Positions 1 to 9,323 of a DNA stretch of 43,977 nucleotides are shown piece after piece. Every line of letters starts with the position of its first letter. The first letter of the stretch is position 1. The notes below the pieces were generated by a model. That model was not told where the DNA came from. It saw only the letters and a list, made by a program, of their open reading frames with translations, and did no database searches. The translations under genes and the position numbers were made by a program. This stretch comes from a virus (lineage: Duplodnaviria; Caudoviricetes): the IMG/VR virus record IMGVR_UViG_3300049926_000090, positions 1 through 43,977 of that record; one strand, given 5' to 3'.

Positions 1-127
1 CTGCAGGTATTTGGTCGGGAAGGTGACGGGGGTGACCGTCATCTTCAGATTTCCCGGAGGGGCCTTCTTGCGGGGACGGGCGCCGATCGCCAATGCCGCG
101 AAGGCGAAGAGCGGTACTGCGAGTCGC
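1..127. repeat. Terminal direct repeat, copy 1 (127 bp; circular-assembly overlap)
   Basis: 1-127 is identical to 43851-43977. 127 is a common assembler k-mer size and the repeat falls inside a gene. Confidence 0.95.
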
Positions 128-186
128 TTGAACACTGTGTGCTCCTTTGATCGAGGGACGATGGTTGAAGGTCGTACAACCAGCGA

Positions 187-217
187 GAGGGGCGCCCCCG
201 GCAATGGGGCGCCCCTC
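187..217 (-). terminator. GC-rich hairpin downstream of the major capsid gene (terminator or mRNA stabiliser)
   Basis: Perfect 12-bp inverted repeat GAGGGGCGCCCC-N7-GGGGCGCCCCTC, 6 nt after the capsid stop. The U-tract is weak. Confidence 0.6.
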
Positions 218-223
218 GAGCCG

Positions 224-1432
224 CTAGTTGAGTTTCGTCGCAGCCGCGTGCGTGTTGCGACGCAGGAGGGCCGTGTTGAGGCGCCAGAACATGTCGCCCC
301 GGAAACGGGTGGTTCCCTCCTGGTGCCGGATCATCTCCGGCGAGGCCCACTGCGGCCCCTGCTTGCTGCGGATGGACCCGAGGTCCTTTTTCCGCAACAT
401 GAACAGCGCCCGATCGGGGCAGTCGAAATGACGCTCGATCGGGGTGCCCTGCGGAGTGGTCAGACCATTCCGCTTGCCGGTGTTGTAGCTCTCGCCGCCG
501 TTGAAGCGGACCTGGGCCTGCAGTTCTTCACTGAGGATCCTGATCTGCTTCGCGGCGCCGATGCACCAATCCGGCTCCTCACCCGAGGTCTGGAAAACTT
601 CGTCTTCCAGCTCGTAGATGAGGCTCGTGGAGACGTCCTGCGCCGTGTCGTCGACGAAGGCGGCCCACGTGGGCACTTCGGCGGGGTCGATGCCGCCGTA
701 CTCGGTCGAGTCGCTGAGCATCGCCAGCAACCCATCGACCTCGAACGAGTTTGCACCCGCTCGGGCGTTGCAGATCGACACGAAGAATTTGCCGTCTTCT
801 TCGGTGTCGACTCCCGCGCCGCTGATCGTGATCGTCCCGTTCGCTACCGAGACGGCCGTGATTTCGCGGTTGCCGGCGAGGATGTCCTCGTCGGCCACGG
901 TGCCGAGGTCGATCTTGAGGCCCGGGTACAGGTGCCCACGCTTGAGAGCGTTGGCGCCGTCCCCGGCGACGACGAGGGTGGTTTTCGCACCTTCGCTGTC
1001 TTCGAGCGAGCAGATGATGCCGGACCCGTCCGAGAACAGGCCCCGCTGCAACTGTCGCTTGATGCCGTCGACCGCGCCCTGACGCTCCGTCTCGACCGCT
1101 TTGGCAACTGCCAGAGCGGACGTCGCGGATTCGTCGATCACGGCCGACTCGATGATGACGTCGAACCAGTTGTGCGAGTAGGTGTAGTCCGCACGTTTGG
1201 TCACGACGTTGGTGCCTTCGTTCAGTTCCGAAGAACCGTCACGTGGCACCGCCGAGAACCCACCGGACAGACCGGTGCGGACGGTGACGCGGCAAGTGTC
1301 ACCGTTTTCACCCTCGGGCGTGAGCTTCGTGAACTGATCGAGCAGCGGGCTCCCTACGAAGACGCTGTTCTCGATCGAGTCACTCAGCCACGTCTCTTTC
1401 ATTGCGGCAATAAATGCCGTTGCGTTCTGCAC
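224..1432 (-). CDS. Major capsid protein (HK97 fold, P22-like lineage)
   Basis: 402 aa, directly downstream of scaffold and portal. AAAGGAG RBS before a GTG start. Typical MCP pattern (..KRQLQRGLFSDGSG..DGL..YGGID..W..RRNTHA..L). Confidence 0.85.
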   Translation of the reverse strand: MQNATAFIAAMKETWLSDSIENSVFVGSPLLDQFTKLTPEGENGDTCRVTVRTGLSGGFSAVPRDGSSELNEGTNVVTKRADYTYSHNWFDVIIESAVIDESATSALAVAKAVETERQGAVDGIKRQLQRGLFSDGSGIICSLEDSEGAKTTLVVAGDGANALKRGHLYPGLKIDLGTVADEDILAGNREITAVSVANGTITISGAGVDTEEDGKFFVSICNARAGANSFEVDGLLAMLSDSTEYGGIDPAEVPTWAAFVDDTAQDVSTSLIYELEDEVFQTSGEEPDWCIGAAKQIRILSEELQAQVRFNGGESYNTGKRNGLTTPQGTPIERHFDCPDRALFMLRKKDLGSIRSKQGPQWASPEMIRHQEGTTRFRGDMFWRLNTALLRRNTHAAATKLN

Positions 1433-1450
1433 GAAAGAGACTCCTTTCTG

Positions 1451-2428
1451 TTACTCCTGCTGTGAGGCCATCGCCCTCTCGGCGGCCGCTGCGCCGAGTG
1501 CGAGACGGTCCTCATCATTTTTGGGGTCCAGCGCCTTGCCGCCGGGCTTACCACCCGGTGCACCCCGTCCCGGCTCCGACCGCCGTTTGGCAAATTCCTG
1601 CTCGCGGCGAGCGAGGAATCCTTTGAGCACCGTGGCGGCGGTCTCATAGTCGGGGAACCCGTCGGGGCCGGGGTTTGCCTCCGCGCGGTGTCGCACGAAA
1701 GCGTCCTCGTCCGCGTCGAGCTCGCGTCCCCATGCCCCTTCGATTTTCTCGAGCTCCTGGTCGGCCAGATCGTCAAGAGCCCGCTCAATATCGGCAACCT
1801 CTTTGGCCTGGTTTTCCTCGGCCCTCTCGCGTTCGATTTTCTCGATCCGCGTCTCGACGTCTTTGTCGTCCTCGTCGAGCAGGTCGAGCAGCTCTTGGTC
1901 CTCGCCCCCGCCTCCCCCTTTGACGCCGAGCAGCTCGGCGGTCTGAGGGTCGGAGAGGTCGATGCCCATGAGCCGCAGGTAGTGGGGCATGGTTGTGGGG
2001 TCGCGCAGGCCCTCGATAAGCGCCTGCGACTGTTCGGCTTCACGCCTGACCTCGCCGAGCTCCTCCCGATCAGCTTGTCGTCTTTTGGTGTAGGTGCCCT
2101 GCCACTCTTTCTGCAGGGCCTCCACCGCCGGACGGGCAGCCGGGTCTACGCTCTCGAGGTCGAAGGAGTCGATGAAGGACTCCTCCTCGCCCTCGGGTTT
2201 GCCACCTGGCTCACCCTCGGGTTCTCCCCCCGGCTCTGCCTCCGCACCCGGCTCTGCCTCGGCCCCGGGCTCCGCTCGATATACGAGCGTCTCCGGTGGG
2301 GTTGTCGCGGCTTCGTCGGGCCAACGGGCTTCGAGTGCCGGCGCGAGTGCAAGTACCTCGTCCAGCATCGGGGGGACATCAGATACGGCCTTGTTCCGCT
2401 CGATCGCGGAGGGCGCGTGATCCTTCAT
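1451..2428 (-). CDS. Capsid scaffolding protein
   Basis: 325 aa, acidic and coiled-coil, between portal and MCP. Contains the QGTYTKRRQ motif seen in podovirus scaffolds. Strong AAAAGGAG RBS. Confidence 0.75.
   Translation of the reverse strand: MKDHAPSAIERNKAVSDVPPMLDEVLALAPALEARWPDEAATTPPETLVYRAEPGAEAEPGAEAEPGGEPEGEPGGKPEGEEESFIDSFDLESVDPAARPAVEALQKEWQGTYTKRRQADREELGEVRREAEQSQALIEGLRDPTTMPHYLRLMGIDLSDPQTAELLGVKGGGGGEDQELLDLLDEDDKDVETRIEKIERERAEENQAKEVADIERALDDLADQELEKIEGAWGRELDADEDAFVRHRAEANPGPDGFPDYETAATVLKGFLARREQEFAKRRSEPGRGAPGGKPGGKALDPKNDEDRLALGAAAAERAMASQQE
2190..2275 (-). repeat. Tandem repeats encoding EPGAEA/EPGGEP in the scaffold
   Basis: AEPGAEAEPGAEAEPGGEPEGEPGGKPEG, with roughly 18-24 nt DNA units. 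Confidence 0.7.
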
Positions 2429-2538
2429 CGGTGTTACTCCTTTTACTGGCGCGGGGCGCTATGAAGCGCTTGTCCGCTGGTTTGGTCGGGGGGCGCGGCC
2501 TTGTTCCGCTTGCGGCGGAGGGCACGTGCCCTTGTCCG
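2369..2538 (-). promoter_or_regulatory. Four CGGA(A)CAAG bulged-hairpin repeats spanning the scaffold 5' UTR and start (putative translational operator)
   Basis: Minus-strand copies at 2516-2538, 2487-2508, 2451-2477 and 2369-2399, each CGGA(A)CAAG...(C/T)CCG. Confidence 0.55.
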
Positions 2539-2565
2539 GGTAAGTGTGTGACGCGGCTCGAGCGG

Positions 2566-2605
2566 CGTCTTACAAGTGGTCGAGATCCCGACGAGTTGTA
2601 AGACG
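2566..2605. promoter_or_regulatory. GTCTTAC/GTAAGAC inverted-repeat operator upstream of scaffold/capsid
   Basis: CGTCTTACAA-N20-TTGTAAGACG. Homologous to the array at 27580-27704. Confidence 0.65.
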
Positions 2606-2629
2606 GTGAGCTCGCGGCTCAAGGGGGGC

Positions 2630-2659
2630 TACTAGGTAAAGCAGGGGAGCGTCTATTCG
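2630..2659 (-). promoter_or_regulatory. Conserved 30-bp element, copy 1 (putative late promoter)
   Basis: TACTAGGTAAAGCAGGGGAGCGTCTATTCG, repeated at 29957-29987 with one extra G. Overlaps the portal stop codon. Confidence 0.6.
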
Positions 2660-4800
2660 CCGGGTTCGTTGGCGGTCGGCGGTTCTTCACCGTTGCCACC
2701 GCCGGGCTGGGGAGAGCCGCCGGGCACCGAGGGCATCGGCTTCGCGCCCTGGGGCTTGGCGGCGTTGGCTTCGCCCTGCTCTTCGGCGGCCAGGTTCGCC
2801 ACTTCTTCGGCGCGGAGCTGGGCCTGCGTTTCGAGGTCGAGCAGCTTTTGGTAGTAGAAGAGCGAGGCGTCCTTGACACGGCTGGGGGAGCGGTCCCAAT
2901 CCTCGGTCTTCATCCAGTTCTCGATCGCCGCTTTGAGGATCGGCAGCGAGTCGAAGGGCCGCGGCAGCCAGCCCGGCACCATCGGTCGTCCATTGAGTTC
3001 CTCGAGCACTTCCTCGCCGGGCAGCGCCGGCCGGAGCGGCTGGTTCCAGAACGACCCGTCGCGGAGCTGTTGGATCACGCGGTGGGCGCGGCCGACGTCC
3101 TGCTCGTAGCCCTGAATGAGTTTCTCGGGGTTGGCCGAGTTGAGGGCCTCGATCACGACTTCGGGCGGGAAGACGCCGGGGAAGAGCTGCACGAGCTGGG
3201 TGATCCGCTGTTCGATCTGGGGCCGGGTGAGCTGTTCGGTCGCCGAAGCCTTGATCGCGACGTCGGTTTGGTTGCGCAGGTCGGCGCCCTCGAAGTCGCC
3301 GACTCCCTCCCAACCCGTCGAGCCCCGCAGCTTCATCACTCGATCGGCACCGTACTTGCGCTGGGCGATCACGAGGCAGTCCGACATCAGGCCCGAGCGG
3401 AAGCGGTTGAAGTCGTCGATGAACTTTTGCCAGGCCGACCGATTGAGTTCGGTTACCTGGCCGATCGCCTTGCCGGATTCGACCTGGGGCGGAATGTCCT
3501 CGTCGAAGGAGATCGCCGAGAAGCGGGCTTTGGCGCGCTCTTCCATCTCGAAGAGCTCCCCGGGGAAGGTGATGTTTTCGCGCCATTCGGGTTTTTCACC
3601 ATTGGCGAGCGTGCGGTCGTACTCGACGACCAGGCCGGGCTCGTCGGTCGGGTCGGTAAGCAGCACGCCCTCGGCGGCGAGGATCTGCGCGACCAGGCCG
3701 ATCTGCGAATACTCCGACTGCTTGTTGATCGACTGGTCGTAGGAGCGGACCACATCGATGATCTTCTGCACGAGACCCTTGGCACGGTCGTTGGCGCCGT
3801 CGACGTCGTAGATCAGCCGGCGCAGGCAGGGGCGGTCGACGACTTCGCCATCGCCGTCGACGTAGGGGTAGTCCTCGTCCTTGAAAATTTTGCGGCCGCT
3901 CGCGTAGGTGCCCCAGCGGCCCTTCGGGTACTTCGGGCAGGGCCGCTCGAAATATTCGGTGACAATGCCGAGCTTGGAGCCCTTCTTCTCTCGAGCGGTG
4001 CGGCGGTTGTCGGCCGCGGTCGAGGCGTCGGCGCGGAGCTTCTCGCCGGGGATGCCGAGGAAGCCGGGTTCGTCTTCGACCTCCTCGATCGAGCGAACGT
4101 GCTCGACGGCATACCAACGGCTGTCCTCGAAGTCGACGCCGGGCTCCCAGAGAACCTCGAGCCCGGAGTAGATCGTGACCCCGATCTCGCCGCGACCGAC
4201 GAACTTCGGTTTCTCGGGATCGGGCTGACCCTCATACGGCTTGGAACCGTCCTCCTCAGTGTGGTCAGCTTCGGGGTGGGTGGAGACATCGGTGAAGGGG
4301 CCGACGTTCGGATTCCAGTGAGCCCGACCGAAGGTTTCCTCGCTGACCATCGCCCACCACAGGGCCTTCTCCTCGGCGGTCGGGAACCCCCAGAGCTCAT
4401 AGCCGGCAAGGGCGAGGCGGGTGGCGAGCCGCGCGGCCGCGTAGTCCTCGGGGTCGGTCGTGACGGCGGTGGATTCCCAATCGGGATCGCGCTGCGTTGA
4501 AGCGGAGATCTTCCGCTTGAGCATCGGCGAGATGATGTCGTGCGATCGCCGCACCCGGTGGTCGGGCTTTTCGCCACCCTGGGCCACCGTCGCGGTGGAG
4601 ACGTCGATGATCTTGGTGCCGTCGTCGTTGAGCTCGGCGAAGTGGTTGCCGTTGGCGAAGCGGATGCCGAGCTGCCGGCGGGCGAGGACTTCGGCAAGAC
4701 CATCGCGGCCGCGCTTGAGTTTCTCTTCGACCGCGGTGGGGATCTTTTCTTCGCCGCGGGGTTCGTCCTTCTTCTTCTCGTCCTTGAGCTCGTCACCCAT
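2653..4800 (-). CDS. Portal protein (P22-like head-tail connector)
   Basis: 715 aa, lies between terminase and scaffold. Motifs such as EYFERP.PKYPKGR, ..SG.AI..L and KL..GYE.D...A.R are typical of podovirus portals. Confidence 0.85.
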   Translation of the reverse strand: MGDELKDEKKKDEPRGEEKIPTAVEEKLKRGRDGLAEVLARRQLGIRFANGNHFAELNDDGTKIIDVSTATVAQGGEKPDHRVRRSHDIISPMLKRKISASTQRDPDWESTAVTTDPEDYAAARLATRLALAGYELWGFPTAEEKALWWAMVSEETFGRAHWNPNVGPFTDVSTHPEADHTEEDGSKPYEGQPDPEKPKFVGRGEIGVTIYSGLEVLWEPGVDFEDSRWYAVEHVRSIEEVEDEPGFLGIPGEKLRADASTAADNRRTAREKKGSKLGIVTEYFERPCPKYPKGRWGTYASGRKIFKDEDYPYVDGDGEVVDRPCLRRLIYDVDGANDRAKGLVQKIIDVVRSYDQSINKQSEYSQIGLVAQILAAEGVLLTDPTDEPGLVVEYDRTLANGEKPEWRENITFPGELFEMEERAKARFSAISFDEDIPPQVESGKAIGQVTELNRSAWQKFIDDFNRFRSGLMSDCLVIAQRKYGADRVMKLRGSTGWEGVGDFEGADLRNQTDVAIKASATEQLTRPQIEQRITQLVQLFPGVFPPEVVIEALNSANPEKLIQGYEQDVGRAHRVIQQLRDGSFWNQPLRPALPGEEVLEELNGRPMVPGWLPRPFDSLPILKAAIENWMKTEDWDRSPSRVKDASLFYYQKLLDLETQAQLRAEEVANLAAEEQGEANAAKPQGAKPMPSVPGGSPQPGGGNGEEPPTANEPGE

Positions 4801-5098
4801 CCGTCTTCACCTTCTCCCCGCGGCCGTTGAAGGCAGCATCGTCGTCGGCGCCGATCGGCTTGCGCTTCACGTAGGGGCCGCGACGCTCGCGGTGAGCCTC
4901 GGCGACGGCGACCTCCGGGGCCTGGATGCGCTGATAGAGCTCCCTGCGCTCCTGTGCGGCCACCTGGCGCTGTTCGATCAGCTCTCGCTCGAGGGCCTCG
5001 CGGAAGAGCCGGTCGGCCCTGCGATCGCGCGCTGAGCCCCACTCGCGATATGCGAGCAGGGCGATCAGCGCGAGACAGGTGAGGAGGGCGAGGGTCAC
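4793..5098 (-). CDS. Small membrane-anchored protein upstream of portal
   Basis: 101 aa with an N-terminal hydrophobic helix and a coiled region (ERRELYQRIQAPE). Overlaps the portal start. Confidence 0.7.
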   Translation of the reverse strand: MTLALLTCLALIALLAYREWGSARDRRADRLFREALERELIEQRQVAAQERRELYQRIQAPEVAVAEAHRERRGPYVKRKPIGADDDAAFNGRGEKVKTDG

Positions 5099-5106
5099 GG
5101 GTCAGA

Positions 5107-5568
5107 TCAGGTGACGAGCCCGAATTTTTCCAGGGCTTCGCACAGTTCTTTCGCCGTGACTTCGGCCGCCGGTTTGACGGCCTGGGCGGCGACCGGCGCG
5201 GCCCCGATGAAGCCGACTTTGGCCCCGTCGTGGTTGAGGTCGCCGTTCAGTTCGGCCTCCCCGCCGACGACCAGCTTGTCGCCGATCGTCGCATCGTCGG
5301 CGACCGTCAGGTCGTCACCGACGATGCTGTCCTCGACGTGAACCGTCTTCAGTTCACGGAAGACACCCTCGGCCGAGGTCGTCGAGACGAACCACGTGCC
5401 CTCGGTGATCTGGACGGTCGAGCCCGAGGCGAGTTCGGTATCACCCGAGTCGACGTCGGCGGCGTTCTTGTGGAAGATCGCCCCGCCCGCGGCGTTGAGA
5501 ACCTCCATGGGGAACTCGGGGCTCGCGTTGATGAAGCGCGCCGTTCTTCCGATCGTTGCTCGAAACAT
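5107..5568 (-). CDS. Putative virion structural protein (head fibre/decoration-like)
   Basis: 153 aa with GGAG RBS. Beta-rich repeats (DDLTVADDATIGDKLVVGG) and a KVGFIGAAPVAAQ motif typical of fibre-type proteins. Confidence 0.55.
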   Translation of the reverse strand: MFRATIGRTARFINASPEFPMEVLNAAGGAIFHKNAADVDSGDTELASGSTVQITEGTWFVSTTSAEGVFRELKTVHVEDSIVGDDLTVADDATIGDKLVVGGEAELNGDLNHDGAKVGFIGAAPVAAQAVKPAAEVTAKELCEALEKFGLVT

Positions 5569-5592
5569 CTTGTCTCCTATTCCTTGAAGGGC

Positions 5593-5985
5593 TCAGCGGA
5601 GGCTCGAGGCCCCAACCGAGTAGGTCCATTTCCCGCCGGCCGAGTGCGTCACTTTGACGCGCCACTTCTGCGGCAGGGGGAGAGCCATTACCTCGTGCCC
5701 TCCCAACGCTGCCGTCTCGGCGCCGCCGGGGTAGAGGGTGAAGGCGAGGGTCCCGCCGCCACCGAGTTCTTCGCCTTTTTTCGAGACGGCGAAAGCGGTG
5801 AGCGGGACGTACTTGCCAGAGGCCGGGTCGCGCGCCTCGATCGAGAGCTGCAGCGTGTCGGCGGCAGCCGGCGCTTTGGTGACGTCGAGGACGACCAAGA
5901 CGCCGCGCTGGCCGGCGGGGGTGTTCTGGTCTTCGCTGACCGTGGTGGCGACGCGCTCTTCGGAACTAAGCAGGGTGTTCTTCAT
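5593..5985 (-). CDS. Hypothetical beta-sandwich virion protein
   Basis: 130 aa with alternating beta-strand pattern. GGAGG RBS and TGATG coupling to the upstream gene. Confidence 0.6.
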   Translation of the reverse strand: MKNTLLSSEERVATTVSEDQNTPAGQRGVLVVLDVTKAPAAADTLQLSIEARDPASGKYVPLTAFAVSKKGEELGGGGTLAFTLYPGGAETAALGGHEVMALPLPQKWRVKVTHSAGGKWTYSVGASSLR

Positions 5986-6323
5986 CAGCTTCCCTCCAGG
6001 GTTGGGGCGGGGCCAAGAGCCTCGCGCAGTCTGTCTTCCGCGACGGACAGCTCCTCGCCGCCGGCCACGAGCGCCGTCAGACGCTCGATTGCTTCACGGG
6101 CTGCCGCGAGCTCGCCCCGCAGCTCCTCGACCTGGGCCACGCGGACCATGCCGCAGAGCTCGCCGGCTTCTTCGATCCGCTCGCGGCGAATGTAGACGTG
6201 GGGGTCGGAGCCGGTGAAGTCTTTTTGGAAGTCGACGACCTCACCGTCGCGCCGGCCCGAGACGATGCAGGTGTGCGGCGGCTTGGAGTTGTGAGCTGGG
6301 AGGGTGACGAGTTTCGGGTGCAC
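5985..6323 (-). CDS. Hypothetical protein
   Basis: 112 aa, AAAGGA RBS, coupled to the downstream gene. Confidence 0.65.
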   Translation of the reverse strand: MHPKLVTLPAHNSKPPHTCIVSGRRDGEVVDFQKDFTGSDPHVYIRRERIEEAGELCGMVRVAQVEELRGELAAAREAIERLTALVAGGEELSVAEDRLREALGPAPTLEGS

Positions 6324-6333
6324 GTGGGTCCTT

Positions 6334-7965
6334 TCAGGTGAGGCGGCCCATGACGGTGCCGCGGCGTCGTTGCTGGGGTTGGTAGGGAGGGGCGGTGCCG
6401 GGCGTCCACGCTCGAGCGCGCGGGTGCCGGCGTTTGCGCTTGACCGGGACGCGCCGTTCCATGCAGATATAGCGAAGGCAGTCAGGTTTGTGATCGTCTT
6501 TCTTCACCACTCCGAAGCTGCCGTCCTCCTTCGGTTTTTTGCGATAGCGGCGGAGCTGGCGGATCAGGCCGACGCAGCGAGAGGAGATCACGAGCAGGGG
6601 GAAGAGCTTCTTCTCACCCTCGTTGTCGGGGTCGTCAATCAGGTGGGCGAGGCGACGCTGGATCTCGGTCACCCCGGCCTCGACGTCGTTCTTGCCGTAG
6701 ATCACCGGGATGCCGGCGGTGATCCACTGCTCGCCGACGCGCTCGCCCGAGCCCAGGTCGCGCGATTTGGCGGCCGGGTCGATGATCGTGTACTTGCAGA
6801 CCTCGGGCAAACCCCACTCTTCGCGTTTGGTGAAGATCCGCTCGGCGGCATGCTCGGGGACCGCGGCCCGGCCGGAGAGGGTGAGTTCGTCATAGACGAC
6901 GACGCGCCCCTCCTTGTCGATCCCGGTGAAGAGAACCGCCGTCTCGACCTGGCCCGGGTCGATGCCATCAAGGTGTTCGAGCTGCTTGACGAGATCCCGG
7001 TCGATCCACTCTTCGGGGACGACGTGGATGCCGCCGACCTGGGGATCGAATTCCTCGTAGACCAACCCTTTCGCGTTGGTGAAGGCGCCTTCGGTGACGG
7101 CCGCGCGCTGGTCGCCGCGGATGCCTTTGATCGCGTCTTCGCGACCTTCCTCGGAGAGATGCGGGTTCTCGTAGATCGAAGCCTGCACGAGCAGGAGCCC
7201 TTCCTCCTCGTTGAGCCACACCCGATCGGAGAGCTGCTCGCCCTCTTCGACCGCGGCGTCGTGGATCTCGTCAAAGACCCACCCCAACTTTTCGGAGATC
7301 GGGGTGAAGCCCCAGAGCATGTCGCCGTGGTAGTCGGCGATCCGCATCCGGGCCTGGGTGTAGATCCTTTCCCCGTCTTCGGTGTCGGGCGGCTCCTCGT
7401 CCCAGACGATGCGGTGGCGCGCCGAGCCGCCGTGCTTGGAGGGCGGCTGTTCGGTCGTCATGAAGTCGAAGACCGAGCCGTTGGCGAAGAGCACGACGTG
7501 GTCTTTGTCCTTGTACGCCTTGTCCCAGGAGCCGCCCTTCAACTGCGACGGCGGCACCCAAGCTTGGATCGTCTCGAGCAGCGACTGGAAAGGCTTGCCG
7601 TAGTCGGGGGTGATGAAGCGGCATTTGAATTTGGTGCCGTCCGGCCAGATCCGAAACTTGCGCAGGGCCTCGGGCACCGCCGCCAGGTCGAGGGCCTGAA
7701 TCAGACAGTCGATCACCGTAGCGGTCGACTTGCCGGAGCGGTTGCCGCCGACGAAGGCTTTGGTTTTGACCCTGTGTTCGTGGAAGACCAACTGCCTCGA
7801 GTGAGGCACGTAGCGATAGAGCGGGTTTTCCTCGAGCGACTCATTCGCCCTGGCGAGCAGTTCGAGAACCTCGGGGTCCTCGAGCGAGGCGGGGTCGTCG
7901 ACCTCAAGCTCGAAGCCGGGTGGAACGGCACCGCCGAGGCCGTCCTCGCGGGTGATCTCAACCAT
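6334..7965 (-). CDS. terL: Terminase large subunit
   Basis: YVPHSRQLVFH adenine-binding motif, Walker A GGNRSGKS, Walker B IVWDEEP, coupling motif FTP, nuclease GIDPG ... DDHKPDCLRY. Start moved to ATG 7965 (MVEITRE), which overlaps the upstream gene end. Confidence 0.92.
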   Translation of the reverse strand: MVEITREDGLGGAVPPGFELEVDDPASLEDPEVLELLARANESLEENPLYRYVPHSRQLVFHEHRVKTKAFVGGNRSGKSTATVIDCLIQALDLAAVPEALRKFRIWPDGTKFKCRFITPDYGKPFQSLLETIQAWVPPSQLKGGSWDKAYKDKDHVVLFANGSVFDFMTTEQPPSKHGGSARHRIVWDEEPPDTEDGERIYTQARMRIADYHGDMLWGFTPISEKLGWVFDEIHDAAVEEGEQLSDRVWLNEEEGLLLVQASIYENPHLSEEGREDAIKGIRGDQRAAVTEGAFTNAKGLVYEEFDPQVGGIHVVPEEWIDRDLVKQLEHLDGIDPGQVETAVLFTGIDKEGRVVVYDELTLSGRAAVPEHAAERIFTKREEWGLPEVCKYTIIDPAAKSRDLGSGERVGEQWITAGIPVIYGKNDVEAGVTEIQRRLAHLIDDPDNEGEKKLFPLLVISSRCVGLIRQLRRYRKKPKEDGSFGVVKKDDHKPDCLRYICMERRVPVKRKRRHPRARAWTPGTAPPYQPQQRRRGTVMGRLT

Positions 7966-8755
7966 CGGTCGGGACGGAGTCGATCGGCACCGGGGCCGGC
8001 AACGCGCGGGGAGCGCCCTGGCCGACGCCGAGTCGGACGCCCTTCGCCTCGAGCGCGCGCTGCAGCTCGGGGAAGGAGTGCTCGACTCGCTCGGTCGCCC
8101 CTCCGGTGAGGAGCTGCAGTTTTTCGGTGGCGATGCCGCCCATGACACCGGACTCGTGCAGGATCTTGGTCAGGTCTTGGAAGCCGACCTCGAGGCGATC
8201 GCGCCGCTCCCAGAGGACCCGCGATTCGTTGACGAGACCCTCGCGCCGCCGGTAGAGCTGGGTGAGCTCGGCGACGAGCTCGGAGTCGGCCTCCTCGGGA
8301 CGTTCACCGAGAACCTCCTCGAGCAGAGCGTCGACGTTGGGGATCTCGAGCGAGTCGGCGAGGCGGATCTGGGCCGCGTCGATCGCGGTGCGGACCTCCT
8401 TGAGTTCGTCTTCGCAGTCCTCGAGCCGCTCCTCGGTCTCGACGATTTCCCTGTCGTGCCGGGCAAGCTTGCCGGTGAGCCGGGCGAGGACTTCTTCACT
8501 GAGCTCGGCCGACGTCTCGGCGAGGCGCTGGTAGGTGTCCGCCATCTGCGTGCCGACCAGTTTTTCGGCTTCGACTTTGATCGTCCAGTAACGCTCCTTG
8601 TGGACGTTGTAGGCCCAGTTGCGGAGCGTCTGCATCGACACGCTGATCTTGGCGGCGCGGAGGAGTTTCTTGGTGGGCTTTTCGCGGCCGCCCTCGATCG
8701 CGAAACAGGTGAGCGCGATGTCGATCTCGGCGGCGCTGAGGTCACGTGCGCTCAC
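7958..8755 (-). CDS. Putative terminase small subunit
   Basis: 265 aa immediately upstream of terL. N-terminal HTH-like region (ISVSMQTLRNW), coiled coil, and C-terminal GIATEKLQLLTGGATERVE typical of TerS. Confidence 0.65.
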   Translation of the reverse strand: MSARDLSAAEIDIALTCFAIEGGREKPTKKLLRAAKISVSMQTLRNWAYNVHKERYWTIKVEAEKLVGTQMADTYQRLAETSAELSEEVLARLTGKLARHDREIVETEERLEDCEDELKEVRTAIDAAQIRLADSLEIPNVDALLEEVLGERPEEADSELVAELTQLYRRREGLVNESRVLWERRDRLEVGFQDLTKILHESGVMGGIATEKLQLLTGGATERVEHSFPELQRALEAKGVRLGVGQGAPRALPAPVPIDSVPTDG

Positions 8756-8776
8756 AGTCCTCCTCCTTCCAGTTGG

Positions 8777-9049
8777 TTAGTTGCCTCCCTCTTTCAGTCG
8801 ACGTTGGAGCTCGGTCAGAGCACTCTTGCCGGGTTCCCCTTTGGGGGGCACTGCATCGGTGAGCCCGAGGGCCAAGCGGACGAGATCGGATTTGCTCACC
8901 CCGGCCGGGATCACCCGGGCCGGCAACGACACCCCGTCGCGGGCGAGCTCGGTGATCTTGTCGAGCTCGGCCTGCTTGGCGCGGATCTTGAACTGCTTGT
9001 CAATCGGGTCGTCGGTCTGGGGACCGCGCTTCAACGGGCCATATGCCAT
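8777..9049 (-). CDS. Ribbon-helix-helix-like DNA-binding protein
   Basis: MAYGPLKRG...KQFKIRA.QAELDKITELA...VSKSDLVRLAL. Start at ATG 9049 in a TGATG overlap. Confidence 0.55.
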   Translation of the reverse strand: MAYGPLKRGPQTDDPIDKQFKIRAKQAELDKITELARDGVSLPARVIPAGVSKSDLVRLALGLTDAVPPKGEPGKSALTELQRRLKEGGN

Positions 9050-9129
9050 CAGTGAAAGATGGCGATCGCGGCGACGGCGATGCCCTCGTAGACGAAGACG
9101 ATCCAAGCGATCAGGGCGCCGAGGCTCAT
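9049..9129 (-). CDS. 26-aa hydrophobic micropeptide (not in ORF track)
   Basis: MSLGALIAWIVFVYEGIAVAAIAIFH*. Coupled by ATGA and TGATG overlaps on both sides. Confidence 0.6.
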   Translation of the reverse strand: MSLGALIAWIVFVYEGIAVAAIAIFH

Positions 9130-9323
9130 AGGGGATCGGGTGGGTCGTCGTCGAAGGGCCATTCGTCGGCGTCCTTGGCGGCGCTGACCGACTCGGGCTC
9201 AAGCGCAAGCCAGTTAGGGCAGAGAACCCCCAGGGTGGCGCAGAACCCCCCGTCGAGCAGGGTGCTGCACTCGTGCTCGAGTTCGGGGGAGACGCCGCCG
9301 TGATCTTGATCGAGAGCGTTCAT
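9126..9323 (-). CDS. Small Cys-containing acidic hypothetical protein
   Basis: MNALDQDHGG...HEC..C..CPNW. ATGA coupling. Confidence 0.55.
   Translation of the reverse strand: MNALDQDHGGVSPELEHECSTLLDGGFCATLGVLCPNWLALEPESVSAAKDADEWPFDDDPPDPL

Noticed and set aside
1-127. Terminal repeat as a biological DTR
   Set aside because: Length equals a common assembler k-mer and it cuts through a gene, so it is treated as a circularisation overlap.
11-1465. Long plus-strand ORFs antisense to structural genes (also 2848-4500, 6304-8109, 11010-12485, 32013-34556, 38207-40318, 41716-43092)
   Set aside because: Shadow ORFs expected from high-GC codon bias on the opposite strand. They have no RBS or motifs and overlap well-supported genes.
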